Shown piece by piece: positions 38,561-53,220 of a stretch of DNA of 64,000 nucleotides; the first letter of the stretch is position 1, and each line of letters opens with the position of its first letter. Source of the DNA: an uncultured delta proteobacterium. GTDB lineage: Bacteria; Myxococcota_A; Polyangia; Polyangiales; B10-G4. The notes beneath the pieces were generated by a model. The model saw nothing but the letters and a program-made list of their open reading frames with translations. It was not told the origin of the DNA and searched no databases. A program made the translations under genes and the position numbers. The DNA is taken from contig CAVSGI010000010.1 in the NCBI GenBank assembly GCA_963727445.1, positions 800,001-864,000 of the forward strand, read 5' to 3'.

Positions 38561-39804
38561 GAGTCGGGATCGAGAACATCCGGGTCTACCCGAGCTCGAT
38601 GGCGCTCGACATGAGAACGCTGGTGGAGGCACGTGGCGGAGACGTGACCGAAGTCTGCGGCGAGATGATGATCGACGCGCGATCGGTGAACCCCGCCTGG
38701 GAAGACCCGATCACCATGGGCGTGAACGCCGCCCGCATGCTCTTGACTGACGAGGATCGCGAGCAGGTGGGCCTGTTGCTCGTCGGATCGGAGAGCGGAC
38801 CCGACCAGGAGAAGTCGCTGAGCACCTGGATCCAGCGCTACGCCGGGCTCGAAGATCATTGCCGCAACATGGAGGTGAAGCACGCCTGCTATGCGGGCAC
38901 CGGCGCCGTGCACCTCGCGGCGCACTGGCTGCTCGCGCAGCCGGACGACGTGAAGGCACTCGTGGTCACCACGGATCAGTCTCGCGCTCATTTCCACAAG
39001 CCGTACGAGTTCGTGATGGGAGCGGGCGCGGTTGCGATGCTGCTGTCGAAGAACCCGCAGTTCCTCGAGCTGGAGCTCGGGCTCGGCGGAGTGTTCACCC
39101 ACGAAGTGTCCGACCTGACGCGCCCCACTTCCCGGGTAGAGGCCGGGCACAGCGAAACGAGCCTGCTCTCCTATCTCGACGCGGCCGATCTGACCTTCGA
39201 GCGCTACGCCGAGGCCGTCCGCGCACGTCACGGCGAATCGCTGCTGAGCTGGGAGGCGTATCGCGCGTGGCTGCCGTATCAGGTCTACCACGCCCCCTTC
39301 GGGGGGATCACCAAGCGCGCCCACCGGGCGATCCACCGCTTGTTCGAGGACTTCGACGCCGCGCGCACCCGCCGGGACTTCGAAGCTCGGGTCGTACCCA
39401 CCCTCAAGTACAACCGCCTGATGGGGGGGACGTACGCGTCGAGCGTGTTCGTGTCCCTCCTCGGAACGGCGAGCGCCTTCGGACCGGAGGTGGCCGGGAG
39501 TCGGGTCGGCATCTACTCGTACGGATCGGGTTCCTGCGCGGAGTTCTACTCCGGCGTGTTCGGCGCGCAGGCCTCGGAAGTGGCGCGGGAGGCGGGCCTC
39601 GACGAGCTGCTCGCGGCGCGTCGCCCGCTCACCGTGCGTGAGTACGAAGACGCCGAGCGCGAGCGCAGCGCCTTCATCGACTGCGGCGACTACCGCACGA
39701 GCAAGGACGGCCACGACGGGTGGTACGACGAACGCTACGCGGGTCGCGAGTCGTTGGTCTTCGACGGAATCCGGGACTTCGAACGCCAGTACGCCTGGAG
39801 CTGA
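38557..39804 (+). CDS. HMG-CoA/ACP synthase (PksG-like beta-branching HCS)
   Basis: ESGPD, EVKHACYAGT, YHAPFGG, YSYGSGSCAEFYSG. Confidence 0.92.
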   Translation: MRVGIENIRVYPSSMALDMRTLVEARGGDVTEVCGEMMIDARSVNPAWEDPITMGVNAARMLLTDEDREQVGLLLVGSESGPDQEKSLSTWIQRYAGLEDHCRNMEVKHACYAGTGAVHLAAHWLLAQPDDVKALVVTTDQSRAHFHKPYEFVMGAGAVAMLLSKNPQFLELELGLGGVFTHEVSDLTRPTSRVEAGHSETSLLSYLDAADLTFERYAEAVRARHGESLLSWEAYRAWLPYQVYHAPFGGITKRAHRAIHRLFEDFDAARTRRDFEARVVPTLKYNRLMGGTYASSVFVSLLGTASAFGPEVAGSRVGIYSYGSGSCAEFYSGVFGAQASEVAREAGLDELLAARRPLTVREYEDAERERSAFIDCGDYRTSKDGHDGWYDERYAGRESLVFDGIRDFERQYAWS

Positions 39805-39805
39805 G

Positions 39806-40513
39806 ATGCACGAAATCCGCCTCCCCGAAGAGCTCGACCACACCAGCCTGCGTGAGCTCCGCGACCGCGTCCTCTCCGTCGATCACGGCGAGACGATCGT
39901 GCTGCACGGAGCGAACGATCGGGTGTTCTGCCGCGGGCTCTCGTTGGGATCCCTGATGAGCGTCTCCGCGGAGGAGCGAACGGAGGGTTTCGACGCCTTC
40001 GAGCAGACGATCCTCCACCTCGCCGCGGGGGCTTCTCCCGCGATCGCGGCGATCGATGGCGTAGCCATGGGCGGCGGGCTCGGGCTCGCCGCGGCGTGCG
40101 ACGTGGTGCTCGCGACTCGGCGCGCCGAGGTCGGGCTTCCGGAGCTTCTCTTCGGCCTCGTCCCCGGCATGATCTTTCCAGTGCTGCAGCTGCGCGCGAG
40201 CGGCCCCGACCTGCGCCGCCTCGCGCTCGAAGGCGCGGGTGTGTCCGTGGAGACGGCCGCCCGGTATCGACTCGTCGACCAGGTCGTCGAGGAGGACCTG
40301 CTCGAACGAACCACGCAGACGTGGGTGAGAAAGTTCCGCCGGACGGAGCGCCATGCGGTCGGGCGTCTCAAGCGCTGGGCTGCGGGCGACGCACTCGCTC
40401 GGGAGGTTCGGGTCGGGCGAGAGCACCTCGCCGAGCTGGCCACGAGCGAGATCGCGCGCCGGCGCATCGAAGCGTTCGCCGAGGGACTCGCGCCCTGGGA
40501 GGGAGAATGCTGA
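39806..40513 (+). CDS. Enoyl-CoA hydratase ECH1 (PksH-like dehydratase)
   Basis: FCRG, GGGLGLAAACD, LPELLFGLVP. Confidence 0.85.
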   Translation: MHEIRLPEELDHTSLRELRDRVLSVDHGETIVLHGANDRVFCRGLSLGSLMSVSAEERTEGFDAFEQTILHLAAGASPAIAAIDGVAMGGGLGLAAACDVVLATRRAEVGLPELLFGLVPGMIFPVLQLRASGPDLRRLALEGAGVSVETAARYRLVDQVVEEDLLERTTQTWVRKFRRTERHAVGRLKRWAAGDALAREVRVGREHLAELATSEIARRRIEAFAEGLAPWEGEC

Positions 40514-41265
40514 GCTCGGCGCGAGTCGACTCGTCACTCGTTCGCGTCCGGTTCGAGGAGGGCATCGGCTGGATCGAGATGGTCGACGAAGCCAACCGGA
40601 ACGCGTTCGGCCGAGCCTTCGTCGCGGCGCTGATCGCGGCACTCCGACAGGTCGACGGCAATCCCGAGGCGCGTGTGGCCGTGCTGATCGGCGGCAGCGA
40701 GATCTTCTGCAGCGGCGCGTCCGCCGAAGTGCTCGACGAGCTTCAGTCCGGCACCATCGCCCCGACCGAGCTGGTGCTCTCGACGCTGCTCCTCAATCTG
40801 AGTATCCCGCTGATCGCCGCATGCGAAGGCGGCGCCATCGGGGGCGGATTCGCGCTGGCACTCGCGGCGGACATCGTCGTTCTCGCCTCGGACCGGCGCT
40901 ACGGCTTCAACTTCATGGATCTCGGAATCACGCCGGGCATGGGCACGACGCGGCTGGCCGAACACGTGCTCTCACCTGCCATCGCTCACGAGCTCCTGTA
41001 CAGCGGCGAGCTCCGGCGCGGCAGCAAGCTCGCGTCCGCCGGCGTGAACGCGGTCCTGCCGTCTGCCGATGTCCGCGAGCACGCCGAGCTCCTGGCGCAG
41101 CGAATCGCTATGAAGGATCGCCGCAACCTGGGCATGCTGAAGCGAACGCTGACCCTGCCGCGACGCCTCGCGTTCGAGTCGGCGCGAACTCTCGAATCGC
41201 TCATGCACGAGCGGTCGCTCGAAGGGCTCGACCTGAGCGCCTTCGGGGGAAGGAGCGAGAAGTGA
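40507..41265 (+). CDS. Enoyl-CoA hydratase ECH2 (PksI-like decarboxylase)
   Basis: MVDEANRNAF, GAIGGG, NFMDLGITPGMG, ESLMHE. Confidence 0.87.
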   Translation: MLSSARVDSSLVRVRFEEGIGWIEMVDEANRNAFGRAFVAALIAALRQVDGNPEARVAVLIGGSEIFCSGASAEVLDELQSGTIAPTELVLSTLLLNLSIPLIAACEGGAIGGGFALALAADIVVLASDRRYGFNFMDLGITPGMGTTRLAEHVLSPAIAHELLYSGELRRGSKLASAGVNAVLPSADVREHAELLAQRIAMKDRRNLGMLKRTLTLPRRLAFESARTLESLMHERSLEGLDLSAFGGRSEK

Positions 41266-42083
41266 CACTCAGACTGCCGGAACACGTGGTCCTGGTGACG
41301 GGCGGAACGATGGGAATCGGGCTCGCGAGCGCACTCGCCTACGGCGAAGCCGGGGCCAAGACGATCCTCACCTATCGCTGGGGCAGCGCCGACCTCGAAG
41401 AGGTCCGAGGGCGCTTCGAAGCCGTCGGGGCCCCGCCTCCGCTGATCCTCGAAGCCGACGTCTCTCACGACGAAGACACCGTTCGCTTGATGGACCAGAT
41501 CGCCGAACACCACGACAAAGTCGACGTGTTCGTGTCGAACGTCGCGTTCGCGCAGCGTACGAGCGGGGTCGACGACTACAAGAAGCGCAATCTCTTCAAG
41601 AGCCTCGAATACTCGTCCTGGCCGATGTGGGCGTACACGAAGGCGATTCGCGACCGGCTCGGCGCGTACCCGCGTTACGTCATCGGACTTTCGAGTGACG
41701 GGCCGGACAGCTTCTTCATGAACTACGATTTCGTCGCGATATCCAAAGCGGTGCTCGAAACGATGTGCCGCTACATGAACTTTCGCCTCTTCGACGACGG
41801 TGTGCGCGTCAACGTCGTGCGCTCGAGATTGGTGCGCACCGAGTCCTTCGACGCCACTTTCGGACCGGCGTTCCACGCGTTCCTCGAAGCGATGGGCGGC
41901 TTCGAAGACTGCTACACGACGCCCGAGGACATCGGGAAAGTCGTGCTCGCGCTCGGCTCGGGGCTGATGGATGCCGTCGGCGGGCAGGTCGTGATGGCCG
42001 ACAAGGGATTTTCGTTTTTCGACAACCTCAACGGAATCGACGAACGAGCACATGCCAAAGGAATCTCGTTCGAGACGGAGTAG
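41262..42083 (+). CDS. SDR, FabL-like enoyl-ACP reductase (paralog of 33856)
   Basis: TGGTMGIG, TYRWGSAD, SSDG, Y-X6-K (YDFVAISK). Confidence 0.8.
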   Translation: MTLRLPEHVVLVTGGTMGIGLASALAYGEAGAKTILTYRWGSADLEEVRGRFEAVGAPPPLILEADVSHDEDTVRLMDQIAEHHDKVDVFVSNVAFAQRTSGVDDYKKRNLFKSLEYSSWPMWAYTKAIRDRLGAYPRYVIGLSSDGPDSFFMNYDFVAISKAVLETMCRYMNFRLFDDGVRVNVVRSRLVRTESFDATFGPAFHAFLEAMGGFEDCYTTPEDIGKVVLALGSGLMDAVGGQVVMADKGFSFFDNLNGIDERAHAKGISFETE

Positions 42084-42086
42084 AGA

Positions 42087-42341
42087 ATGAACAACGATGA
42101 AATTTTTGCTGTCGTCACTCGCCACCTCGGCGAGATCGTGGAAACGATCGATCCCGCTTCGGTGAAGCGCGGCGACTCGATGAAGGACCTCGGTGCGAGC
42201 AGCCTCGACATCGTCGAGGTCGTCTCGTGCAGCATGCGCGAGCTGAAGGTGCGGGTCCCACGCGCGAAGCTCTCCACCGCCAAGAACATCGGCGACCTCG
42301 TCGACCTGCTCGAAGGCGCCGTGGACGGCGGCAAGGGCTGA
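42087..42341 (+). CDS. Acyl carrier protein, AcpK-like
   Basis: LGASSLDIVE (Ppant Ser); VPRAKLSTAKNIGDL resembles beta-branching donor ACPs. Confidence 0.87.
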   Translation: MNNDEIFAVVTRHLGEIVETIDPASVKRGDSMKDLGASSLDIVEVVSCSMRELKVRVPRAKLSTAKNIGDLVDLLEGAVDGGKG

Positions 42342-42601
42342 GCGGTCGCGCCCGTCAGGGTCCGACCAGCGCGCCGCGCCCGGTCCCGCGCTGAGGTGTG
42401 TCGAGAGGAAAGAGTTTCAGTCGTATTGCAGGAGCGCCGCCCTGGCGAGCGATGCTCGGCTGTGCGCGTCCCGCAAAACGTGCAGTAGCGTCCGCCGACA
42501 TGGAGCCGAAGCGGCTTCACCGAGGCCGCCGGCCGCAAATCCTGCAGAGTCGTTCGCAATGGCGCTCGTCCGCGAACGCGAGTTGGGGGCCTTCGTCACC
42601 G

Positions 42602-42617
42602 CGGCTCGCCGATTGCA
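42602..42617 (+). promoter_or_regulatory. Putative sigma54 promoter with upstream repeated sites
   Basis: CGGCTCGCCGATTGCA (GG-N10-GC); ccgcaaa-N3-tgcag at 42471 and 42533. Confidence 0.4.
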
Positions 42618-42629
42618 GGTCGAGGTGCG

Positions 42630-44323
42630 GTGCTTCCGCAAGTGGACTCATTGCAAGAAGCCGTAGCCCCGGTCGCTCGGTTCGAGCGCGTGAGCGTCTT
42701 GGCGGTGGACGACGATCCGCGCAACCTCACCGTGATCGACCTCGCCCTCGAAGGCATCGCGGCGCGCGTCGTCAAGTCGAGCTCCGGAGACGATGCGCTG
42801 CGCCACCTCCTGGTGGAAGATTTCGCTCTCGTCATCCTCGACGTGGTGATGCCGGCGATCGGCGGCTTCGATGTAGCGGAGCTCATGCGAGAGCGGGAGC
42901 GCACGCGCTACACCCCCATCATCTTCATGACAGCGGCGCGCCCGAAGGACGAAGACGTTCGTCGCGGCTATGCCCTTGGCGCAGTCGACTACCTCATCAA
43001 GCCCGTCATTCCCGAGGTGCTTCGCGCCAAGGCCCGCTTCTTCGTCGAGCTGCAGAAGCGTACGCACGAGGTCGAGCGTCAGGCCCAGAGGCTGGCGGAG
43101 CTCGAGCGAGCGGAGGCGCGCCGCACCCTGGCCGCGGAGCGTCGCCGGTGGGAAGCGGAGGCGCTGCGAAAGCAGATGGAGGAGCAGCAGCGGCTGAACG
43201 CGCAGCTGGAGGAAGCGGACCGCCGCAAGGACGAGTTTCTGGCGACGCTGGCGCACGAGCTGCGAAATCCCCTCACGCCGATCGTTTCGGGTCTGGAGCT
43301 TCTCAAGGCCGGATGCGCCGGGGACTCCGTGGCCGAGCGGGCACACCACACGATGGTGAGGCAAACCCGACACCTCAAGCGCCTCGTCGACGACCTGGTG
43401 GACATCGCGCGCGTGTCTACGGGAAAGATCGTGCTCAAGAAGGAGTGCGTGCGCGCCGAGGTCGCCATCGAGCAGGCGATCGAGAGCTGCGTTCACCTGC
43501 TTCGCCGGAAACGCAGCGAGGTGACCATCGAGTCACATCCCGTACCGGTCGAGCTCGACGCGGATCCAGTTCGGCTCGTTCAGATCGTCGCCAACCTGGT
43601 GAGCAACGCCGCGCGCTACAGCGAGATCGAGGGAACCATCGTCGTCGGGTGGCATCTCGTCGACGCAGAGCTCGAGATCCGCGTGCGTGACGATGGGCGC
43701 GGCATCGAGCCAGAGCTGCTGCCCCGAGTGTTCGACAAGTTCGTTCAGCGAGACACGGGGGAAGGCCTGGGGATCGGCCTGACTCTGGTTCGCGAGCTGG
43801 TGGTGCTACACGGTGGCACCATCGAAGCGCGAAGCGAGGGCCTCGGGCACGGCAGCGAATTCGTGGTTCGCCTCCCCGGCGCGCGGGAGGTCGTCGAACA
43901 GGACGGCGAGCAGGCCCCGGTGCCCACCCCGGCGCCGAGGACGAGCAGCGAGCTGCTCAACGTGGCCGTGGTCGAGGACGATCCCGACGTCCGAGATCTC
44001 GTGTCCCAACTCATCGAGAGCTGGGGTCATCACGTCATGACCGCGTCCACCGGTCCCGAAGGAGTGGAGCTCGTCCTACGGCAGCGCCCCGACGTGGCGT
44101 TCATCGATATCGGCCTCCCCCAGCTGGATGGGTGCGCGGTGGCCAAACGGATCCGGACCGAGCTCGGAGTACCGGCGTCGCCAAAGCTGGTCGCGATGAG
44201 CGGCTTCAGCCAGCCGCAGCACGTGCAGAACATGGAGGACGCGGGCTTCGACGAGCACCTCGTCAAGCCCTCGAGCCCGGAGGAGATCCGAAGCGCACTC
44301 CAGCTGTCGTCGGGTGAGCCGCG

Positions 44324-44327
<4 letters not shown>
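42630..44327 (+). CDS. Hybrid histidine kinase REC-HisKA-HATPase-REC
   Basis: [40 protein letters not shown]-terminal REC FIDIGLP. Confidence 0.92.
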
Positions 44328-49555
<5,228 letters not shown>

Positions 49556-49596
49556 TGGCCCGCATGGCGCCCGTCGTCCCTTAGACTCTTCGATAC

Positions 49597-50178
49597 GTGG
49601 ACCCGACCCCGGAGATGCGCGCGAGCCACATGCGCTCCAACGTGACCGCGCTGTCGCGGCTCGGCGCGGAGGGGCTGCGCGTCCGCGAGGATTGCGACGC
49701 CGTCATCGCCACCATCGAGTCGTCGGTGCGTACGACCTGGCTTCCGGTGGAGCTCGACGTCGCCTTGAGCAACCGCGTCGTCCACCGGTGCGGCGAGAAA
49801 CGGTTCGCCGCCTGGTGTCGCAACGCCATCGCCGAGTCGGCGAAGGGACCTCTGTTGGAGCCGCTCATGAGCGGGCTCACTCGACTCGGTTTCGGTCCTC
49901 GCCACGCCGTGCGGCGCCTCCCTGGAGGTTGGAACCTGATCTATCGCAACTGCGGCACGCTCCGGATCGACCGCGAATGGGATGGCGGCGCGGTCATCGT
50001 CATCGACGACGTCCCCGAGCTCGTGCGCGACCACCACTACGCGACTGGCATCGGCGCCGCGTTCGAAGGCGTCGCGCTTTTGATCGGCGCACGCTCCGCA
50101 CGCTCCGACCTCACCGAACGCGGCCAGGCGCTCCATTTCGAGCTCACCTGGACCACGAACGCCGACGCAGCGCCGTGA
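49597..50178 (+). CDS. Hypothetical protein (myxobacterial DUF2378-like)
   Basis: TTWLPVELD...WNLIYRNCG...FELTW pattern; family call tentative. Confidence 0.6.
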   Translation: MDPTPEMRASHMRSNVTALSRLGAEGLRVREDCDAVIATIESSVRTTWLPVELDVALSNRVVHRCGEKRFAAWCRNAIAESAKGPLLEPLMSGLTRLGFGPRHAVRRLPGGWNLIYRNCGTLRIDREWDGGAVIVIDDVPELVRDHHYATGIGAAFEGVALLIGARSARSDLTERGQALHFELTWTTNADAAP

Positions 50179-50211
50179 GCGCCATCGCCGGGCTCGAGCG
50201 CCCGCCGGATC

Positions 50212-51327
50212 TCAGCCGATCAACAGACCGATGAGCGTCTGATTGATGTGCGTCAGGTAGCTCTCGCCGTAGGAGTTGAACCCAGCGACCGGATACGCCC
50301 GGAAGAGCTCTGAGAATCGGTCTTGTAGACCCTGCATCTCGATTCCGATGGAGCGGTGCGCGCAGTTGAACATGATCCCGGCGGAAGGCGCTTTGCCGAG
50401 GCGTTCGGCTCCATCGGCGAGCGCCGCCGACGTGTCGGCAAAGAGGTCGGTGGGATGCATGAGGTTCAACGTGGACCCCTCGACCATCGCGGCGCCCATG
50501 AGCAGGCCGCCGTCGGGGAGCGCCTGAATGGGGCTTCGAACCCAGGGCCGCCCATCGATCATCAACCCGAAGGGATTCTGCAGGTAGACGGGATGGTCTA
50601 GCGCCTCGACTTCGACACCGACCGCCTCCGCGTAGGTCGGCACCGCTGGACCGCCGTTGATCTCGTAGACCACGCGGCCCTCGATGCGGGTGATCTCCAT
50701 CGTCTTGTCGGTGGGCGCGAAGCTCGACGTCTTCACCACCGCGAAGGGAACCGCCATCTCCATGAGCAACAGAACGCTGGCGTCATCGGAGGCCTCGCCG
50801 TCCAGGAACACCCAGGACTTCTCGACCTTGTAGTTGTCTCCGGCGGATCCTCCGACGAAGGAGAGCAGCGGAGCGGCATGTCCCAGCGCCTCGTTCACCT
50901 CTTCCTCGTGGGGCGGCATGAACGAGTTGAGGACGATTCCCACGTGCTTCTTCGGATCGAGCTCGCGGAGGTCTCCGAACGCCTCGCTGAGCTTCGCGAC
51001 CGCGGCCTTCATGCCGGCCTCGACGCCGGCGTCCATGCGCACCCAGGCAGAAGCGGCGCGAGCCACCTTCGCATCACCGAGCGCGATGGCGACGACCCCG
51101 TCGTGACCATAGCGCTCGTGGGTGAACTCGCCCGCGGTCGTCGCCCCGAGGACGTGCGCCTTGGGGTGCGCGTCCTTGAGCGCCTTGCCAATGGCTGCAC
51201 CGTCGTGCTCGTGCCAGGTGAAGTACACGATGACCGCCGGGTCCTCACCCTTCAACTGCTCGACGAGATGCGCCGATGCTTCCGACGTCGTGGGACGCTC
51301 GGTATGAACGCTCTTCACGCCACTCAC
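50212..51327 (-). CDS. FIST N/C domain sensory protein
   Basis: GATTAGE, GGSAGD, FNCAHR, AGFNSYGE, HINQT. Confidence 0.9.
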   Translation of the reverse strand: MSGVKSVHTERPTTSEASAHLVEQLKGEDPAVIVYFTWHEHDGAAIGKALKDAHPKAHVLGATTAGEFTHERYGHDGVVAIALGDAKVARAASAWVRMDAGVEAGMKAAVAKLSEAFGDLRELDPKKHVGIVLNSFMPPHEEEVNEALGHAAPLLSFVGGSAGDNYKVEKSWVFLDGEASDDASVLLLMEMAVPFAVVKTSSFAPTDKTMEITRIEGRVVYEINGGPAVPTYAEAVGVEVEALDHPVYLQNPFGLMIDGRPWVRSPIQALPDGGLLMGAAMVEGSTLNLMHPTDLFADTSAALADGAERLGKAPSAGIMFNCAHRSIGIEMQGLQDRFSELFRAYPVAGFNSYGESYLTHINQTLIGLLIG

Positions 51328-51539
51328 TTGCCTGCCCCCACGTTGCCCCGAAGAAAGCCCATCTTGCGGAGAGTCACGAGCGCGGAGTCGGCCATCGCGG
51401 CATCCTCGTCGATGGCGGGGGTAATCTCATTCAGATTCACTCCGATCGTGAGGATGAGCCGCGTGTTGATGAAATGAAGCCGCGCCGAGTCTCCCGCGAG
51501 CTCATCGAGCAGCGCTCCCCTGATCGCCGTAAGAGTCAT
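51324..51539 (-). CDS. Small hypothetical protein (71 aa) coupled to the FIST gene
   Basis: ATG 51539; stop overlaps the FIST GTG. Confidence 0.55.
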   Translation of the reverse strand: MTLTAIRGALLDELAGDSARLHFINTRLILTIGVNLNEITPAIDEDAAMADSALVTLRKMGFLRGNVGAGK

Positions 51540-51720
51540 CGGTCTAGGCGCAGTTAGCACATCGACGCACACGCGTTCAACGAACAATCGACGGGTGTTT
51601 CAAATGAGACATGTGTTTGATTTCGACCAGCTATTGCAAATGGAACAGTTGGTCGCCGGATCGCTACTGAGACAGCGTAATTCACGCCTCAAAGACGAAA
51701 TGCGAACACGACGGCGCGAA

Positions 51721-51788
51721 AGGTGATTCATATGAAACACCTCTGACATTGCTTTCTTTCAATGTTTTCGGCCGGTGCGTCTCTTGCT
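51721..51788 (+). promoter_or_regulatory. Two palindromic operators plus putative sigma54 promoter
   Basis: AGGTGATTCATATGAAACACCT (20/22 palindrome); ACATTG-N8-CAATGT; CCGGTGCGTCTCTTGCT. Confidence 0.55.
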
Positions 51789-51800
51789 TTAGAGCAGCGC

Positions 51801-53129
51801 ATGAAGTTTTTCCGGCAAGTGGGGTTGGCGCTACTCGTGGGCGGCGTCGGGTGTGCAAACGTAGACGCGGTGGGAGGAACCGGGGCGGCGCTCGAGGTGG
51901 GCGTGATCGACTCGTACTTCGACCGCCTGGTGCATTCCGGGAGCGTGGGGCCCGAGGATGCCTACACCGGCACGGAGGTGCCCGAGTGCGAGGGAGCGAG
52001 CTGCGAGCGACTCGACTTCACCGTCGACATGTCGCCTGCGGCCTTCGCCAATCCGAACCGTACCGGAGGGCTTCAGGTCGCGCTGCGCTGGTTCGGCGAT
52101 CCCGGCACGCACATGCTGCCCCCTGGCGTCCCTGGATGTTGTGGCGAGTTCGACACGCTCAACGTGTATCTCTACAAGGACGGTGTTCGGGTCGCCTCGT
52201 CCGAGGGGATCATCTCCACGAGCCAGTCACTTCTGTTGGAGTCGCCGGAGAACGGCGACTACACGGCGTGGATCGTCACCGACCCGTCCTACAACCTCAA
52301 CCCCTCGGTCGACTACGAGGCGGTGGTCGAGATCGAGTATCGACCGTTCCGCCAGCCGGTTCGGCCCCTGCAGCCCAATCTCGAGTTCCGCTCCGCGCGC
52401 ACCGTCACCTTCGACACCCCTTCGTTCCCGCTCTTCGAGCCGGATCCGGCCCCCGGCGAGACGTGTTTCGAGAGCGAACGCCTGGAGGCGGGAGCCCAGA
52501 CCTGTCTTCGCTTCGATCAGGTGATCGCCAACACGGGTGAAGCCGCCGCCGAGCTCCGATTCCCCCTTCCGCTGGATGGCTTTGTCGACAGCGGCACGGC
52601 AATTCAGCGCGTTTATCGCAGCGACGGGTCCTATTTCGACCGCGACGCGGGAGAGTTCGAGTTCCACGACATCCACCAGCATTTCCACTACTCGAGCTTC
52701 GCGGGGGCGACCCTCTGGGTGTCGAATGCGCAAGGAGATCGTCTGGGAAGCGCGCCGATCCGCGACGGTCGCAAGGTGAGCTTCTGCATGGTGGACGTCG
52801 AGATCGACGAGCTCGAGGTCAAGGGCGACGGCCCTCGGACCTACAACGCGCCCGACTGCCTCTTCCCCACCCAGTTCGACGAAGAGCACGGATACATCGT
52901 CCAGGGCATCTCCAACGGATGGAACGACATCTACGAGTGGTACCTCCCCGATCAGTACATCGAGGTCACGGGCGTACCGGATGGTTACTACCGTCTCGAG
53001 AACTGCGCCGACCCCGATGGTGAGATCGCAGAGACGGACGAGGACGACAACTGCGTCGCCAACCTCGTGCACCTGACGAACATGGGAACTCCGGACCGCA
53101 GTGCGGAGAACCTCGGAGTCGTCGACTGA
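51801..53129 (+). CDS. Lysyl oxidase-like lipoprotein
   Basis: GGVGC lipobox; HDIHQHFHY copper site, KVSFC, GWNDIYEWYLPDQYIEVTG. Confidence 0.82.
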   Translation: MKFFRQVGLALLVGGVGCANVDAVGGTGAALEVGVIDSYFDRLVHSGSVGPEDAYTGTEVPECEGASCERLDFTVDMSPAAFANPNRTGGLQVALRWFGDPGTHMLPPGVPGCCGEFDTLNVYLYKDGVRVASSEGIISTSQSLLLESPENGDYTAWIVTDPSYNLNPSVDYEAVVEIEYRPFRQPVRPLQPNLEFRSARTVTFDTPSFPLFEPDPAPGETCFESERLEAGAQTCLRFDQVIANTGEAAAELRFPLPLDGFVDSGTAIQRVYRSDGSYFDRDAGEFEFHDIHQHFHYSSFAGATLWVSNAQGDRLGSAPIRDGRKVSFCMVDVEIDELEVKGDGPRTYNAPDCLFPTQFDEEHGYIVQGISNGWNDIYEWYLPDQYIEVTGVPDGYYRLENCADPDGEIAETDEDDNCVANLVHLTNMGTPDRSAENLGVVD

Positions 53130-53220
53130 TCCTGGCGACGCCTCACGAGACGATCTACAACTGAGCGCGAACGCGGACCGCGAAACGCGCGCGCACTTCG
53201 AAAGGGGGAAAGGGGAGGTC

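Noticed and set aside
38557..39804. HMG-CoA synthase as a mevalonate-pathway gene
   Set aside because: No HMG-CoA reductase or mevalonate kinases nearby; flanked by ECH1, ECH2 and an AcpK-like ACP
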